Below the pieces are notes generated by a model that ran no database searches, was not told the DNA's origin, and saw only the letters and a list, made by a program, of their open reading frames with translations. This document shows positions 20,281 through 29,904 of a DNA stretch of 64,000 bases, piece after piece (positions within the stretch are counted from its first letter, which is position 1; every line of letters starts with the position of its first letter). This stretch comes from an uncultured delta proteobacterium (GTDB lineage: Bacteria; Desulfobacterota; Desulfobacteria; Desulfobacterales; B30-G6): positions 1-64,000 of the forward strand of contig CAWGLD010000007.1 of the NCBI GenBank assembly GCA_963823335.1, written 5' to 3'. The position numbers were made by a program, and so were the translations under genes.

Positions 20281-20739
20281 TTAGTTGATCTCAATTTGTC
20301 TGGGTTTGGCTTTTTCGGCTTTGGGAACGCTCACTTTTAAAATACCATCGGCCAGAGAGGCGCTCACACCTTCCGGATCGATATCACCGGGAAGACTTAT
20401 GGCCCGAGAAAATTTACCGGCCTCCCTCTCACGCCGATGATAGCGCACACCCTCTTTCTCGGCTAATATCTTGCGTTCCCCTGATATCGACAGGTTGACA
20501 CCTGTGGCCTGGATGTCCAGATCTTCTGCGAAGATACCGGGAAGCTCCGCCCGGATATAATAATGATCCTTATCTTCGGCCAGGTTGATGGCTGGGAAAA
20601 CCCCGGCATGCAGGTTAGGCAGGCCGCCATCGGTCACCCTGCTGAACAGATCGTCCATCTTCTGGCGCATACGCACCAGGTCCTGAAAAGGGTTTCCTAC
20701 ATTCCAGGTGGGTATTCCGAACATTCTATTGTAAATCAT
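20281..20739 (-). CDS. Hsp20/alpha-crystallin small heat-shock protein
   Basis: FPAINL, RAELPG, YHRRER.AGKFSR, GILKVSVPK. Confidence 0.93.
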   Translation of the reverse strand: MIYNRMFGIPTWNVGNPFQDLVRMRQKMDDLFSRVTDGGLPNLHAGVFPAINLAEDKDHYYIRAELPGIFAEDLDIQATGVNLSISGERKILAEKEGVRYHRREREAGKFSRAISLPGDIDPEGVSASLADGILKVSVPKAEKAKPRQIEIN

Positions 20740-20883
20740 AGCACATCCCTCCTATATCCCATTCTTTTTATTAGCCCGTGAAATCCAGATTTCATGTCAT
20801 CGGGCCAGTTGTGAGCAAAAGAAGCAAAGCTCTATTGCCGGAAAATTTTCTTAGCTCAAGATGAACTTTAAAATCTTAAGACT

Positions 20884-20911
20884 ATGATAAAAACAATTTT
20901 ATCTTTGTCAA
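20884..20911 (-). promoter_or_regulatory. Sigma70-type promoter upstream of the hsp20 pair
   Basis: Minus strand TTGACA-16 nt-TATCAT. Confidence 0.5.
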
Positions 20912-21050
20912 TATTGCAAATAAATTTTTTATTGCATTATTTATTAATTTTTTAGTGATTAAGTAATGATCTGGCGTCTCAGGGGGTGATCTGGAAAGGA
21001 TTGAGGTGAGGAAAAACGGAATGGATGGCTTTGGGTACAATAACTTATTG

Positions 21051-21285
21051 CTATTCACCGGAAAGAGGATGATACATTCGTACAAAGTTTCCGTTTTTCA
21101 GTTTTTCGGTCGTGGGCACGAGTCTGCCATCGATGGAAACAATACCTATTTTGGATTGAAGAATATCCAGTTTTTTTTATCAGATCACCCATTGTTGCAC
21201 CTTCAGGGATCTCGACTTCGAATCCGTGCATGGGGTCATGTTCTGAAAATTTGGCTCCCAATGTTCCGAATAAGCGAACGCGACG
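21051..21285 (-). pseudogene. Frameshifted MoaD/ThiS-family sulfur-carrier gene
   Basis: VRLFGTL..VEIPEGATMGDLIKK, then +1 shift in an A8 run to LDI..IVSIDGRL..LKNGNFVRMYHPLSGE*; start region overlaid by a family-C half repeat. Confidence 0.7.
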
Positions 21286-21315
21286 ATGTCGCTCCAAAAC
21301 GAAAAACAGGAAATA

Positions 21316-21364
21316 CTATCCCTGCTGCAAGCAGCGGGGAATGTGCTCGCTGTTGCGTTTCAAT
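21316..21364 (+). repeat. Family-A right-end fragment
   Basis: CCCTGCTGCAAGCAGCGGGGAATGTGCTCGCTGTTGCGTTTCAA. Confidence 0.7.
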
Positions 21365-21486
21365 ATGAATGCTGAACCCTTGACCATGGCAAATCATGTT
21401 TTAAATTATTATTAAATTGCCCGGGAGCAGCTGGATATGGGTCACGGTCTGTTCGTCAATGATGTTAATATGTTAAAGGAGATAAT

Positions 21487-22473
21487 GTGTGTATGGACAT
21501 TAAGGAAATTACCCATCGGGTTGAAAAGGAAAGCATATCGATCAAGCAGATTGTCGCTGAAATCGAAAAAGTCATTGTCGGCCAGACAGGACTGATAAAC
21601 CAAATGCTCATCGGTCTGCTATGTAAAGGCCATCTGCTGCTGGAAGGCCTGCCGGGACTTGCCAAGACCACCGCAGTCAAGGCAATGGCCCAAACCATCG
21701 ACACCTCTTTCAAACGCATCCAGTTTACACCGGATCTCCTTCCTGCAGATATCATCGGAACCCAGATTTACAGACCCGACAATGGTACCTTCGAAATAAG
21801 TAAAGGACCGATATTTAACAATATTATTTTGGCAGATGAGATCAACCGTGCCCCCGCCAAAGTACAGAGCGCTTTACTTGAAGCCATGCAGGAACACCAG
21901 GTCACGATTCGGAACAAGACCTTCAAGCTCGATGACCCGTTCCTGGTAATGGCCACCCAGAATCCCATCGAGCAGGAAGGGACCTATCCGCTTCCCGAGG
22001 CCCAGATCGACCGTTTCATGATGAAAATTAAAGTGGACTATCCTTCTGCAGAAGAAGAAAAGGAGATCGTTAAACGCATTCGCACCGGTGCAGACAACAC
22101 TGCTGCCAACGTCATCAGTGTTTCGGCTCTCAAATCAGCCCGGGAAACACTGCATGAAATTCACATGGAAGACCGACTGGTGGATTATATTGTCAGGCTG
22201 ACCCAGGCTACCAGAAAACCGGGTGAATTCGGCCTGGATATCGGACCCATGGTCAGCTACGGGGCATCGCCCCGGGCATCGATCTGGCTCGAAGTTGCCG
22301 CCAGAGCGCAGGCGTTTTTGAACGGGCGCGGCTATGTGACTCCCCAGGATGTCAAATCCATGGCACCGCAAGTGTTCAGGCACCGCATTATTTTAAGCTA
22401 TGAAGCAGAAGCCGAGGGGCGTACCACAGACGATATCATCAATGAGCTGTTGGAACGGATCGAGGTTCCCTAG
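21487..22473 (+). CDS. moxR: MoxR-family AAA+ ATPase
   Basis: LEGLPGLAKT, RIQFTPDLLPAD, LADEINRAPAKVQSALLEAM, ATQNPIEQEGTYPLPEAQ. Confidence 0.96.
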   Translation: MCMDIKEITHRVEKESISIKQIVAEIEKVIVGQTGLINQMLIGLLCKGHLLLEGLPGLAKTTAVKAMAQTIDTSFKRIQFTPDLLPADIIGTQIYRPDNGTFEISKGPIFNNIILADEINRAPAKVQSALLEAMQEHQVTIRNKTFKLDDPFLVMATQNPIEQEGTYPLPEAQIDRFMMKIKVDYPSAEEEKEIVKRIRTGADNTAANVISVSALKSARETLHEIHMEDRLVDYIVRLTQATRKPGEFGLDIGPMVSYGASPRASIWLEVAARAQAFLNGRGYVTPQDVKSMAPQVFRHRIILSYEAEAEGRTTDDIINELLERIEVP

Positions 22474-22481
22474 CTTGAACC

Positions 22482-22590
22482 GAAGGGTTCGAGGGTTCAA
22501 GGGGGATACAAGGGTTTGAGGGTGGCTGATAGCTTTTGGCTTTTGGCGCCTAAAAGTCTTCCGTCTAAACGCCTAAAAGGCTAATGAATG
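22482..22590. repeat. Family-D modular repeat inside the moxR operon
   Basis: GGGGATACAAGGGTTTGAGGGTGGCTGA plus the CTAAAAGGCTA module. Confidence 0.7.
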
Positions 22591-22606
22591 AGGTAATATA
22601 GTTAGC

Positions 22607-23482
22607 ATGCTTTCCGATGACTTGTTGAAAAAAATTCAAGGTTTTCATTTCAAAACCAGACATCTGGCCAACGACCTGTTTGCCGGGCAATATGAAAGCG
22701 CATTCAAAGGGCAGGGACTGGAGTTCACCGAGGTTCGAGAATACCAGCCCGGTGACGATGTTCGCGCCATCGACTGGAATGTGTCCGCCCGGTTCGGACA
22801 TCCTTATATTAAAGTATTTCACGAAGAACGTGAACTTACTGTTATGCTTTTGCTTGATTTATCAGGATCGTTGTCATTCGGCACCAAGCTAAAGTTCAAA
22901 CGCGATTTATTGACCGAAGTGGCCGGTATGTTGGCCTTTCTTGCCATTCGAACCAACGACAAAGTGGGTGCCATCCTGTTCAGTTCCAAAGTGGAAAAAT
23001 ATATACCGCCCAAGAAAGGTAGCGCCCATGTCTGGACCCTCATCAAAGAAATCTTTACCTATGAGCCTTCCGACCTTGGGACCGATATCAAAGGCGCCCT
23101 GGACTATCTGAACCGGGTGGTAAAACGCCATGCCATCGTTTTTCTCATATCCGATTGCATGGACACGGACTTTGAACTCCCATTCGGCATCGCATCCCGA
23201 AAACACGATCTGTCCGTGATCCGCATATCAGACCCTTCAGAAGAAACCCTTCCAGATGTGGGCCTGGCTTATCTGACTGATCCAGAAACAAATCAGGTAC
23301 TTCTACTGAATACCCGCAGTAAGACATTAAGGGAAAAATGGCGCGTCCATCGTCAAACCCACCAGTCACGTCTCACAAACCTGCTAAAAAAAACCGGGGT
23401 GGACCTGGTGGACATTCAAACAAACGGGTCGCTTTCCGAACCACTGGTACGACTGTTTGATAAAAGGAAAAAGCGTCGGTGA
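22607..23482 (+). CDS. DUF58 / VWA-like MoxR partner
   Basis: EFTEVREYQPGDDVRAIDWNVSAR, DLSGS. Confidence 0.93.
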   Translation: MLSDDLLKKIQGFHFKTRHLANDLFAGQYESAFKGQGLEFTEVREYQPGDDVRAIDWNVSARFGHPYIKVFHEERELTVMLLLDLSGSLSFGTKLKFKRDLLTEVAGMLAFLAIRTNDKVGAILFSSKVEKYIPPKKGSAHVWTLIKEIFTYEPSDLGTDIKGALDYLNRVVKRHAIVFLISDCMDTDFELPFGIASRKHDLSVIRISDPSEETLPDVGLAYLTDPETNQVLLLNTRSKTLREKWRVHRQTHQSRLTNLLKKTGVDLVDIQTNGSLSEPLVRLFDKRKKRR

Positions 23483-24450
23483 GTCTATTTTCAACAAATC
23501 GACCCTGCCCTCGAAACGGGCTGCTGCTTCTTTGGGCACTGCTCTACCCTCTTCTTTGTTCCGGACCGACTTGGTCTGAGACACCCGTGACAGATTCCGT
23601 GCCGACACTGTCTGTATCCATCGAGAAAAGTACTGCCAGGATCGGTGACACGTTATGGGTGACCTTGAGATATGAGATTCCCGAGAACGCCAAATTACCT
23701 GAGAGCGGCGGTCTCGGGGGTCTTGAAGCACTGACGGTCATTGAACACAAAACAGAAGCCAATCAAATAAAAATCAGATTTTTGGTTGATCAGCTGGAAT
23801 CCTTTGACCTGGGACCCTTCAGTCTCACCTATATTGACCCTCAAAACAATCAACAACAGACCACAACAGACCCCATCACCATCACGGTTTTATCCAACCT
23901 GGGTGAAAAACCCCAGGACGCCGCCCTGAAACCGATAGAGGATATCATTTCCACCCAATCGAGATGGCTGTGGTATCTGTCATGGGCTTCTGGGGCCATC
24001 CTGCTGCTTGGCATTCTTTCCGGTTTGCTCTACTGGCGTAAAAAACGCCGCATCAATGACATGCAGACAGCAATGGAAGATCCGCCGCATGTGAAGGCCC
24101 ACAAGGAAATTGAAACTCTGATTGCCAGTGGGTTGTTTGAGCGTGGGGATGTGAAAGCATTTTATTATATTTTTTCCGAAACCATACGCCGATACATGGA
24201 ATCCATTCGCCGTTTCCCGGCGGCAGAAATGACAACCGAAGAGATCGCCAGGGCCATCAAGACAGAGCCCTCTGATCAACGCATTCTGCCGCTGCTCAGA
24301 CAGGCCGACCTGGTCAAATTTGCCGATTTAGTACCGGATTCTTACCGTAAGGATCAGGATATCCTGATGGCCCGAACCTATATTCAACAAACGCGCCCGG
24401 CAACCAGTGCTTTGCAGGAAAACCCTTCCCTTCAGGAGGTGCCGTCATGA
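23479..24450 (+). CDS. Bat-operon membrane protein
   Basis: Signal, one TM helix, AEMTTEE and ADLVKFA motifs; position between DUF58 and batA. Confidence 0.75.
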   Translation: MSLFSTNRPCPRNGLLLLWALLYPLLCSGPTWSETPVTDSVPTLSVSIEKSTARIGDTLWVTLRYEIPENAKLPESGGLGGLEALTVIEHKTEANQIKIRFLVDQLESFDLGPFSLTYIDPQNNQQQTTTDPITITVLSNLGEKPQDAALKPIEDIISTQSRWLWYLSWASGAILLLGILSGLLYWRKKRRINDMQTAMEDPPHVKAHKEIETLIASGLFERGDVKAFYYIFSETIRRYMESIRRFPAAEMTTEEIARAIKTEPSDQRILPLLRQADLVKFADLVPDSYRKDQDILMARTYIQQTRPATSALQENPSLQEVPS

Positions 24451-25442
24451 TGTTTCGCCTGGCTCACCCGGCATCGCTGGGCCTTTTGACGATGGTTATT
24501 GCCTGGCTTGCCTGGCGTCTTACACGTAAACCAATCGGAATTATCCACTCCATGGCCGGTACTCTGGCACAACTTTCCGGAGGCGGGCATCGACTGGCAG
24601 GACATATCCCTTTGATGCTAAGGACCGTCTGTCTTGTCCTGCTGGTGCTGACCGTCGCCCGCCCCCAACTGTACAATGTATCACGGGACATCGACTCTTC
24701 GGGTGTTGATATCATCCTGTGTCTGGACACGTCCGGCTCCATGCAAGCCCTGGATTTTACCATCGACGATGAACCGGTCTCCCGTCTGGCTGCGGTAAAA
24801 AAAGTGGTCATGGATTTCATCGAGAAAAGGGATATGGACAGGATCGGTCTGGTGGTTTTTGGCACCCAGGCTTTCACCCAGTCCCCCCTGACCTTGGACA
24901 AGGGTCTTTTGATGGCTCTGGTGAAAAGGATGGAAATCGGTATGGCAGGCGATCAAACGGCCATTGGAGATGCCATCGCCATCGGCGGGAAACGCTTGAA
25001 AGATCTTGAAGCCGTATCAAAAATTCTGATTCTATTGACGGATGGGCAACAAACCACAGACGGCCTGACGCCTTCAGATGCCGCAGATGCGGTACAAGCC
25101 CTGGGAATTAAAATATATACCATCGGGGTGGGAGGAATGGAACCCGCTCCCTTTCCGGTTCAGACACCTTTTGGTACAAAGATCGTTCGGCAAAAAGTCG
25201 ACCTGGATGAAACAACACTCATGAAGATTGCCGACATAGGAAATGGGCAATATTTCAGGGCTGCGGATACGGATCGCCTGCAGGAAATATATGCTATTAT
25301 CGACGAACAGGAAAAAACCGAAATCGAGGTCAAAGAGTTCTTTCACTTCAAGGAACTCTATCCCCTTTTTCTTATACCGGCGATGCTTTTGCTGGCAGCG
25401 GACATCATCATACGCACCACGTTGTTGAGGACGATTCCATGA
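24447..25442 (+). CDS. batA: BatA VWA-domain protein
   Basis: ARPQ, MIDAS DTSGSM, DRIGLVVFG, TAIGDAI, LLTDG. Confidence 0.9.
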   Translation: MMFRLAHPASLGLLTMVIAWLAWRLTRKPIGIIHSMAGTLAQLSGGGHRLAGHIPLMLRTVCLVLLVLTVARPQLYNVSRDIDSSGVDIILCLDTSGSMQALDFTIDDEPVSRLAAVKKVVMDFIEKRDMDRIGLVVFGTQAFTQSPLTLDKGLLMALVKRMEIGMAGDQTAIGDAIAIGGKRLKDLEAVSKILILLTDGQQTTDGLTPSDAADAVQALGIKIYTIGVGGMEPAPFPVQTPFGTKIVRQKVDLDETTLMKIADIGNGQYFRAADTDRLQEIYAIIDEQEKTEIEVKEFFHFKELYPLFLIPAMLLLAADIIIRTTLLRTIP

Positions 25443-27343
25443 CATTTACAAACATCTGGATCCTGCATTTTCTCTGGGTCATACCCCTGATCGCTTTTGT
25501 CCTCATGGTTCAGCACCGCAGACGGCAACGGGCCCTGGTCCGGTTTGCCGATCAGCCTCTCCTGAAAAGGCTTACCCCCGAGGACCACAAAGGCAAACGC
25601 TTTTTAAAAGCCCTGCTGCTCCTTTTTGCCTTAGGAACCCTGATCTTTGCCTTGGCCGGACCCCGTTGGGGGAGTCACTATCAGGAGGTGCGTCGCAAAG
25701 GTGTGGACATCATGATGCTGGTGGATGTTTCCCGGAGCATGATGGTTGAAGACGTGGAACCCAATCGCCTGGAGCGGGCCACAAGAGAGATCATCGATTT
25801 TCTCAAGGTCGTTGAAGGCGACCGGGTGGGTTTGACGGTTTTTGCAGGCACTGCCTTTGTTCAATGCCCCCTCACCCTCGATTATGGAGCCCTGGAGATG
25901 TTTTTAAATGTGCTTCAGCCAGGCAGTATCCCGGTGCCGGGAACCGATCTTGGCACAGCCATCGAAACAGGGTTGTCCGCTTTCGATACCAGGGCAGAAA
26001 CCGACAAGGTCATGTTATTGATCACCGATGGGGAGGACAATGAAAACCGCGCTCTGGAAGCCGCCCGAAAAGCAGCAGACCAGGGGGTCAAAATATTCGT
26101 TTTCGGCATGGGCGATCCATCCGGCGGCCCCATACCCGCCGGAAGTGACCAGGGCGGGTTCAAAAAGGACGAGAGCGGTAACCTGGTGCTGTCCAGGCTC
26201 GATGAAAAAACCTTACAGAATATCGCAAATGAAACCGGTGGCGGATATGTCCGCTCCATGGCCGGAGACCTGGACCTGGATCTGCTCTATTTTGACGGCA
26301 TCAAACAAAAAACCCGGGCCCAAACCCTGAAAAGCGGGAAAATCAAGGTTTATGAAGAACACTTCAATCTATTTGTGCTGGCTGCCTTTTTTTTACTGCT
26401 TTTTGAAGAACTGCTGGACACCAAAAGGCGTATCAATGGCCAAAGAAAATTCTGGTTCTTTTCGCTGGTCCTGGTTTTTGCTCTCACCTCCTGGTTTGAT
26501 ATATCCCCGGTCTCGGCGGCTGAATCTCCGGATGCGCTTTATCGGCAGGGACGCTATGAGGAGGCAGGCCAGGTATATACACGGCAGGATATGGATCATC
26601 CCAAAGATATCCGTTTTCGTTACAATCGCGGGTGTGCCGCCTTTCAGAACGGTCAATACACGGAAGCATCGGCTGCCTTTTCCAGTGTCTTCAAAAGGAC
26701 AGAAAATACGGAAGTACGATTCAAGGCCGTTTTTAATCTGGGTAACACCGCTTTCAAACAGGGTGATTACGTCTCTGCCATTGCCTATTATAAGCAGGCA
26801 CTCGTTGAACAGCCCTCCAGCGAGAATGCGCGCTACAACCTCGAACTTTCCCTGAGACTCCTGAAAAAAGAAAAAGAAAAACAAGAACAGGCACAACAAG
26901 ACGGGCCCCCATCCGACACAGCGCCCCCGGGAGACGACCAGGAAAAAAGGGCGGAAACCGACAAACAGGGCCAAAGAGATCAGCCACCAGAAAAAAAACC
27001 ACAACAAAATGACCAGGGAAAAGATGGCCCTCAAAAAGCAGAGGACCAAAGACCTGTAAAAAACGAGAAAGAGCAGTCCAACGACGGTCAGAATCAGACC
27101 ACGGCCCAAAACAAACCACCTGAACCAGAAGAGACACAGACGCTTTCCGGAGAGCTGAAAGCGCGTGAAACTATGCCTGAACCGCTATCGAACGCCCTCC
27201 TAGAAGGAGAAACGTCATCCGGTGTCGACAGAAAGAAAGCCCAGGCGCTGCTGGACAACGTACAGGAAGATCCGTCTGGATTAATGCGCTTTATGGTATC
27301 TGATGATAATCACCAAAATTCTTTTTCCGGAAGGGACTGGTAG
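25439..27343 (+). CDS. batB: BatB-BatC fusion (VWA + TPR + Q/E/K-rich tail)
   Basis: ALAGPRWG, DVSRSM, ITDGED, TPR motifs (YNRG, FNLGN, ARYNLEL), C-terminal RDW. Confidence 0.85.
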   Translation: MTFTNIWILHFLWVIPLIAFVLMVQHRRRQRALVRFADQPLLKRLTPEDHKGKRFLKALLLLFALGTLIFALAGPRWGSHYQEVRRKGVDIMMLVDVSRSMMVEDVEPNRLERATREIIDFLKVVEGDRVGLTVFAGTAFVQCPLTLDYGALEMFLNVLQPGSIPVPGTDLGTAIETGLSAFDTRAETDKVMLLITDGEDNENRALEAARKAADQGVKIFVFGMGDPSGGPIPAGSDQGGFKKDESGNLVLSRLDEKTLQNIANETGGGYVRSMAGDLDLDLLYFDGIKQKTRAQTLKSGKIKVYEEHFNLFVLAAFFLLLFEELLDTKRRINGQRKFWFFSLVLVFALTSWFDISPVSAAESPDALYRQGRYEEAGQVYTRQDMDHPKDIRFRYNRGCAAFQNGQYTEASAAFSSVFKRTENTEVRFKAVFNLGNTAFKQGDYVSAIAYYKQALVEQPSSENARYNLELSLRLLKKEKEKQEQAQQDGPPSDTAPPGDDQEKRAETDKQGQRDQPPEKKPQQNDQGKDGPQKAEDQRPVKNEKEQSNDGQNQTTAQNKPPEPEETQTLSGELKARETMPEPLSNALLEGETSSGVDRKKAQALLDNVQEDPSGLMRFMVSDDNHQNSFSGRDW

Positions 27344-27344
27344 G

Positions 27345-29102
27345 ATGAAAAAGATAATCCCGGGCATCCTGTGCTTCCTCTTATTTCCCCTGTTCACTGT
27401 CTGGGCGGCGGACGACGTGACGGTCTCGCTCCGGCTCGATCGGGTAGAGGCAAGCCTGTCAGACACCGTACGCATGGAGATACGTGTTTCCGGATCCCGT
27501 AAAAGCGATGCGCCTCCCGTACTCCAGGGTCTGGAATCCTTTCTGGTAACCACCGGAGGAACCTCCAGCCGGGTGGAGATCATCAATGGCAAGGTCAATT
27601 CGGGCGTCGACTACACCTATTTCATCCAGCCTAAAAAATCCGGCACGTTCAAAATAGGGCCCGTCAGGGTAAGCGTAGGTGGGAAAATATTTGAGAGCGA
27701 GAGCACCTCCCTGGTGATCAGGGCGGCGACACAATCCAGTGGTTCAGACCCCGGACCGGTATTTGTCAAAGCGTCCGTCTCGTCACAGGAGTTATATGTG
27801 GATGAACAGATTACTTACACCCTGAAACTCTATTACCGGGTCAGCGTTGGCAATCTCTCCTTGAGTCTGCCTGAAATGGAATATCTTACCTTCCAGCAGC
27901 TCGGCCGGCCTATAGAATACAAATCCACATACCAGGGCCTGACGTATCAGGTATTGGAGGTTCGTCACGCACTGATGGTTTCAAAGCCGGGCGCGTTTGT
28001 CATCAATCCTTCCCAACTTAGAATGACCGTGAGTCAGCCCGGTTCCCGCTCCAGGTCCGGCAATTTTTTCAATAACTTCCCCGGTTTCTCATCGAACAGG
28101 CCTTTGACATTGACCACCGACCCCATCGATTTGCACGTGAATGCGCTTCCCAGAGAAGGTAGGCCCACTGATTTTACGGGACTCGTGGGCAGGTTTCAGA
28201 TGATATCCACGCTGGAGCCTTCCCGTTTAAAGGCAGGTGAATCCGCTACCCTGACCATTCAGGTCAAAGGCAGGGGTACCGTGAATCGCATACCTGATCT
28301 GGATCTCCCTGAAATAGATTTTGTGCGAACGTATAGCGATCAACCGGTTCTGGAAATCGAGCAGGGTCAAGAGGGAATCACGGGTACAAAAACCATGAAG
28401 TGGGCCCTGGTTCCTGAAAAGTCCGGCGAGTACGAAGTTCCAATTTTGTCTATGAGTTTTTTTGATCCGCAAACAGGAGCTTATCATAGCCTGGTTACCC
28501 CCGCACATGATTTATCCGCTTTGCCCGGCAAGCCAGAAAACAGTGTCGCCAGCATGAATCCCCAATCCGACAAAAACAATACTGCCCAAGAGACGCTAAA
28601 AAAAGAGATTCAGCAGCTGGGAGAAGATATATTGCCGATTCACACCGATGCCGTGGCGCTCACCCTTCCCTTTGGTTCTCTTGCCAGGGGCTGGATCTTC
28701 TGGCTTGCGCTGCTGGGCCCCCTGTCCATGTATCTGCTTCTTTTAGGTGTCTTGAGAGTGCAACGTCTGTCACCTGAACGACTGGCCCAATCAAGAACAA
28801 GAAATGCCTTTAGCACTTTCAAACGGCGCTGCCGGAAAGATCAAATCAGCTACGCTGATCTCATCGACGCCTTCAAGGAGTATCTGAACGACCGCTGTGG
28901 CCTGTCCATCGGCACACTGACGGCGAATGATGCTGAAAGGATTTTGCGGGGTCAGGGTGTGAATGCTGAAACGACGAAAAGCATGTATTTACTGATCCAA
29001 CGGTTTGAAACGGCCGTGTATGCAGGCAATAATCTCAAGGATACAACGGCCACCGACCATCTGCTGGATCTTGTCAAAAAAATAGAAAAGGATATTTCAT
29101 GA
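27345..29102 (+). CDS. batD: BatD-family protein
   Basis: Signal, SSRVEIING, FTGLVGRF, GRGT, FFDP.TG.Y; operon context. Confidence 0.85.
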   Translation: MKKIIPGILCFLLFPLFTVWAADDVTVSLRLDRVEASLSDTVRMEIRVSGSRKSDAPPVLQGLESFLVTTGGTSSRVEIINGKVNSGVDYTYFIQPKKSGTFKIGPVRVSVGGKIFESESTSLVIRAATQSSGSDPGPVFVKASVSSQELYVDEQITYTLKLYYRVSVGNLSLSLPEMEYLTFQQLGRPIEYKSTYQGLTYQVLEVRHALMVSKPGAFVINPSQLRMTVSQPGSRSRSGNFFNNFPGFSSNRPLTLTTDPIDLHVNALPREGRPTDFTGLVGRFQMISTLEPSRLKAGESATLTIQVKGRGTVNRIPDLDLPEIDFVRTYSDQPVLEIEQGQEGITGTKTMKWALVPEKSGEYEVPILSMSFFDPQTGAYHSLVTPAHDLSALPGKPENSVASMNPQSDKNNTAQETLKKEIQQLGEDILPIHTDAVALTLPFGSLARGWIFWLALLGPLSMYLLLLGVLRVQRLSPERLAQSRTRNAFSTFKRRCRKDQISYADLIDAFKEYLNDRCGLSIGTLTANDAERILRGQGVNAETTKSMYLLIQRFETAVYAGNNLKDTTATDHLLDLVKKIEKDIS

Positions 29103-29902
29103 TCAGGCAGGTCCGGCTCATAAGCAGTGCTATACTGGTGCTGGTATGCTTTTTAAACATGGCCCAGGCAAGCACCGGCCCGTCTTTTGTGGAACAGTTT
29201 TTTGAAGCCAACCAGGCTTATAAGAACCATCAGTTTCAACAGGCCATAGATGGCTATCTCAATCTGATTGAAAACGGGCTTGAAAATGGGCAGGTATACT
29301 ACAATCTGGGTAACGCATACTTTCGAGCGGGAGACCTGGGAAGGGCCATCCTGTCTTATGAAAGAGCACACCTCCTGATCCCACGGGACGGGGATCTGGC
29401 CTTTAATCTTTCCCATGCAAGAAACCAGACCCAGGATGCTGCTATGGATTTGCAGATGTCTTTATTCGGCGACTTTCTGGGCCTCGGTGGCCTCAACCGG
29501 TATGAAGTTTTTTTCGCGTTTACCCTCTTGAACCTCCTGTTCTTCGCTCTTCTCTGTATAAGACTTTTCAAAAAAGCCGAGTGGACATATTACCTGTCAA
29601 TTTTCCTGGCCTTCGTTATCAGTATCGGGGGATGCGCAGTGGCATTGAAGTGGGGCGCGTGGGCGATCGATAACCGTGCCGTGGTGTTATCCGAGGAAAT
29701 CGTGGTGCAGGCCGGGCCGGAATCCAGAGACACGGTGTTGTTTAAACTTCACGCCGGGGCGGTGGTGCGTGTTGAACGCACTGAGAACGATTGGACCCTG
29801 CTGCAGCTGTCAGAAGGCAAAAGAGGCTGGGCTCAATCGCATCAATTGGAGCGCGTCATCAAAAGAACGGACCTGCAAACCAAACAAAGGCAGTACAGTT
29901 AA
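29099..29902 (+). CDS. batE: BatE-like TPR + SH3 protein
   Basis: YYNLGNAYFR, AILSYERA, C-terminal SH3-like FKLHAG..GW. Confidence 0.85.
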   Translation: MIRQVRLISSAILVLVCFLNMAQASTGPSFVEQFFEANQAYKNHQFQQAIDGYLNLIENGLENGQVYYNLGNAYFRAGDLGRAILSYERAHLLIPRDGDLAFNLSHARNQTQDAAMDLQMSLFGDFLGLGGLNRYEVFFAFTLLNLLFFALLCIRLFKKAEWTYYLSIFLAFVISIGGCAVALKWGAWAIDNRAVVLSEEIVVQAGPESRDTVLFKLHAGAVVRVERTENDWTLLQLSEGKRGWAQSHQLERVIKRTDLQTKQRQYS

Positions 29903-29904
29903 GT

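Noticed and set aside
20850-20882. CIRCE or HAIR heat-shock operator upstream of the hsp20 genes
   Set aside because: Only a half-site-like CTTGAG is present; there is no full inverted repeat.
21487-29902. MoxR-DUF58-Bat operon as a novel system
   Set aside because: A well-described conserved operon; the BatB-BatC fusion is a minor variant.
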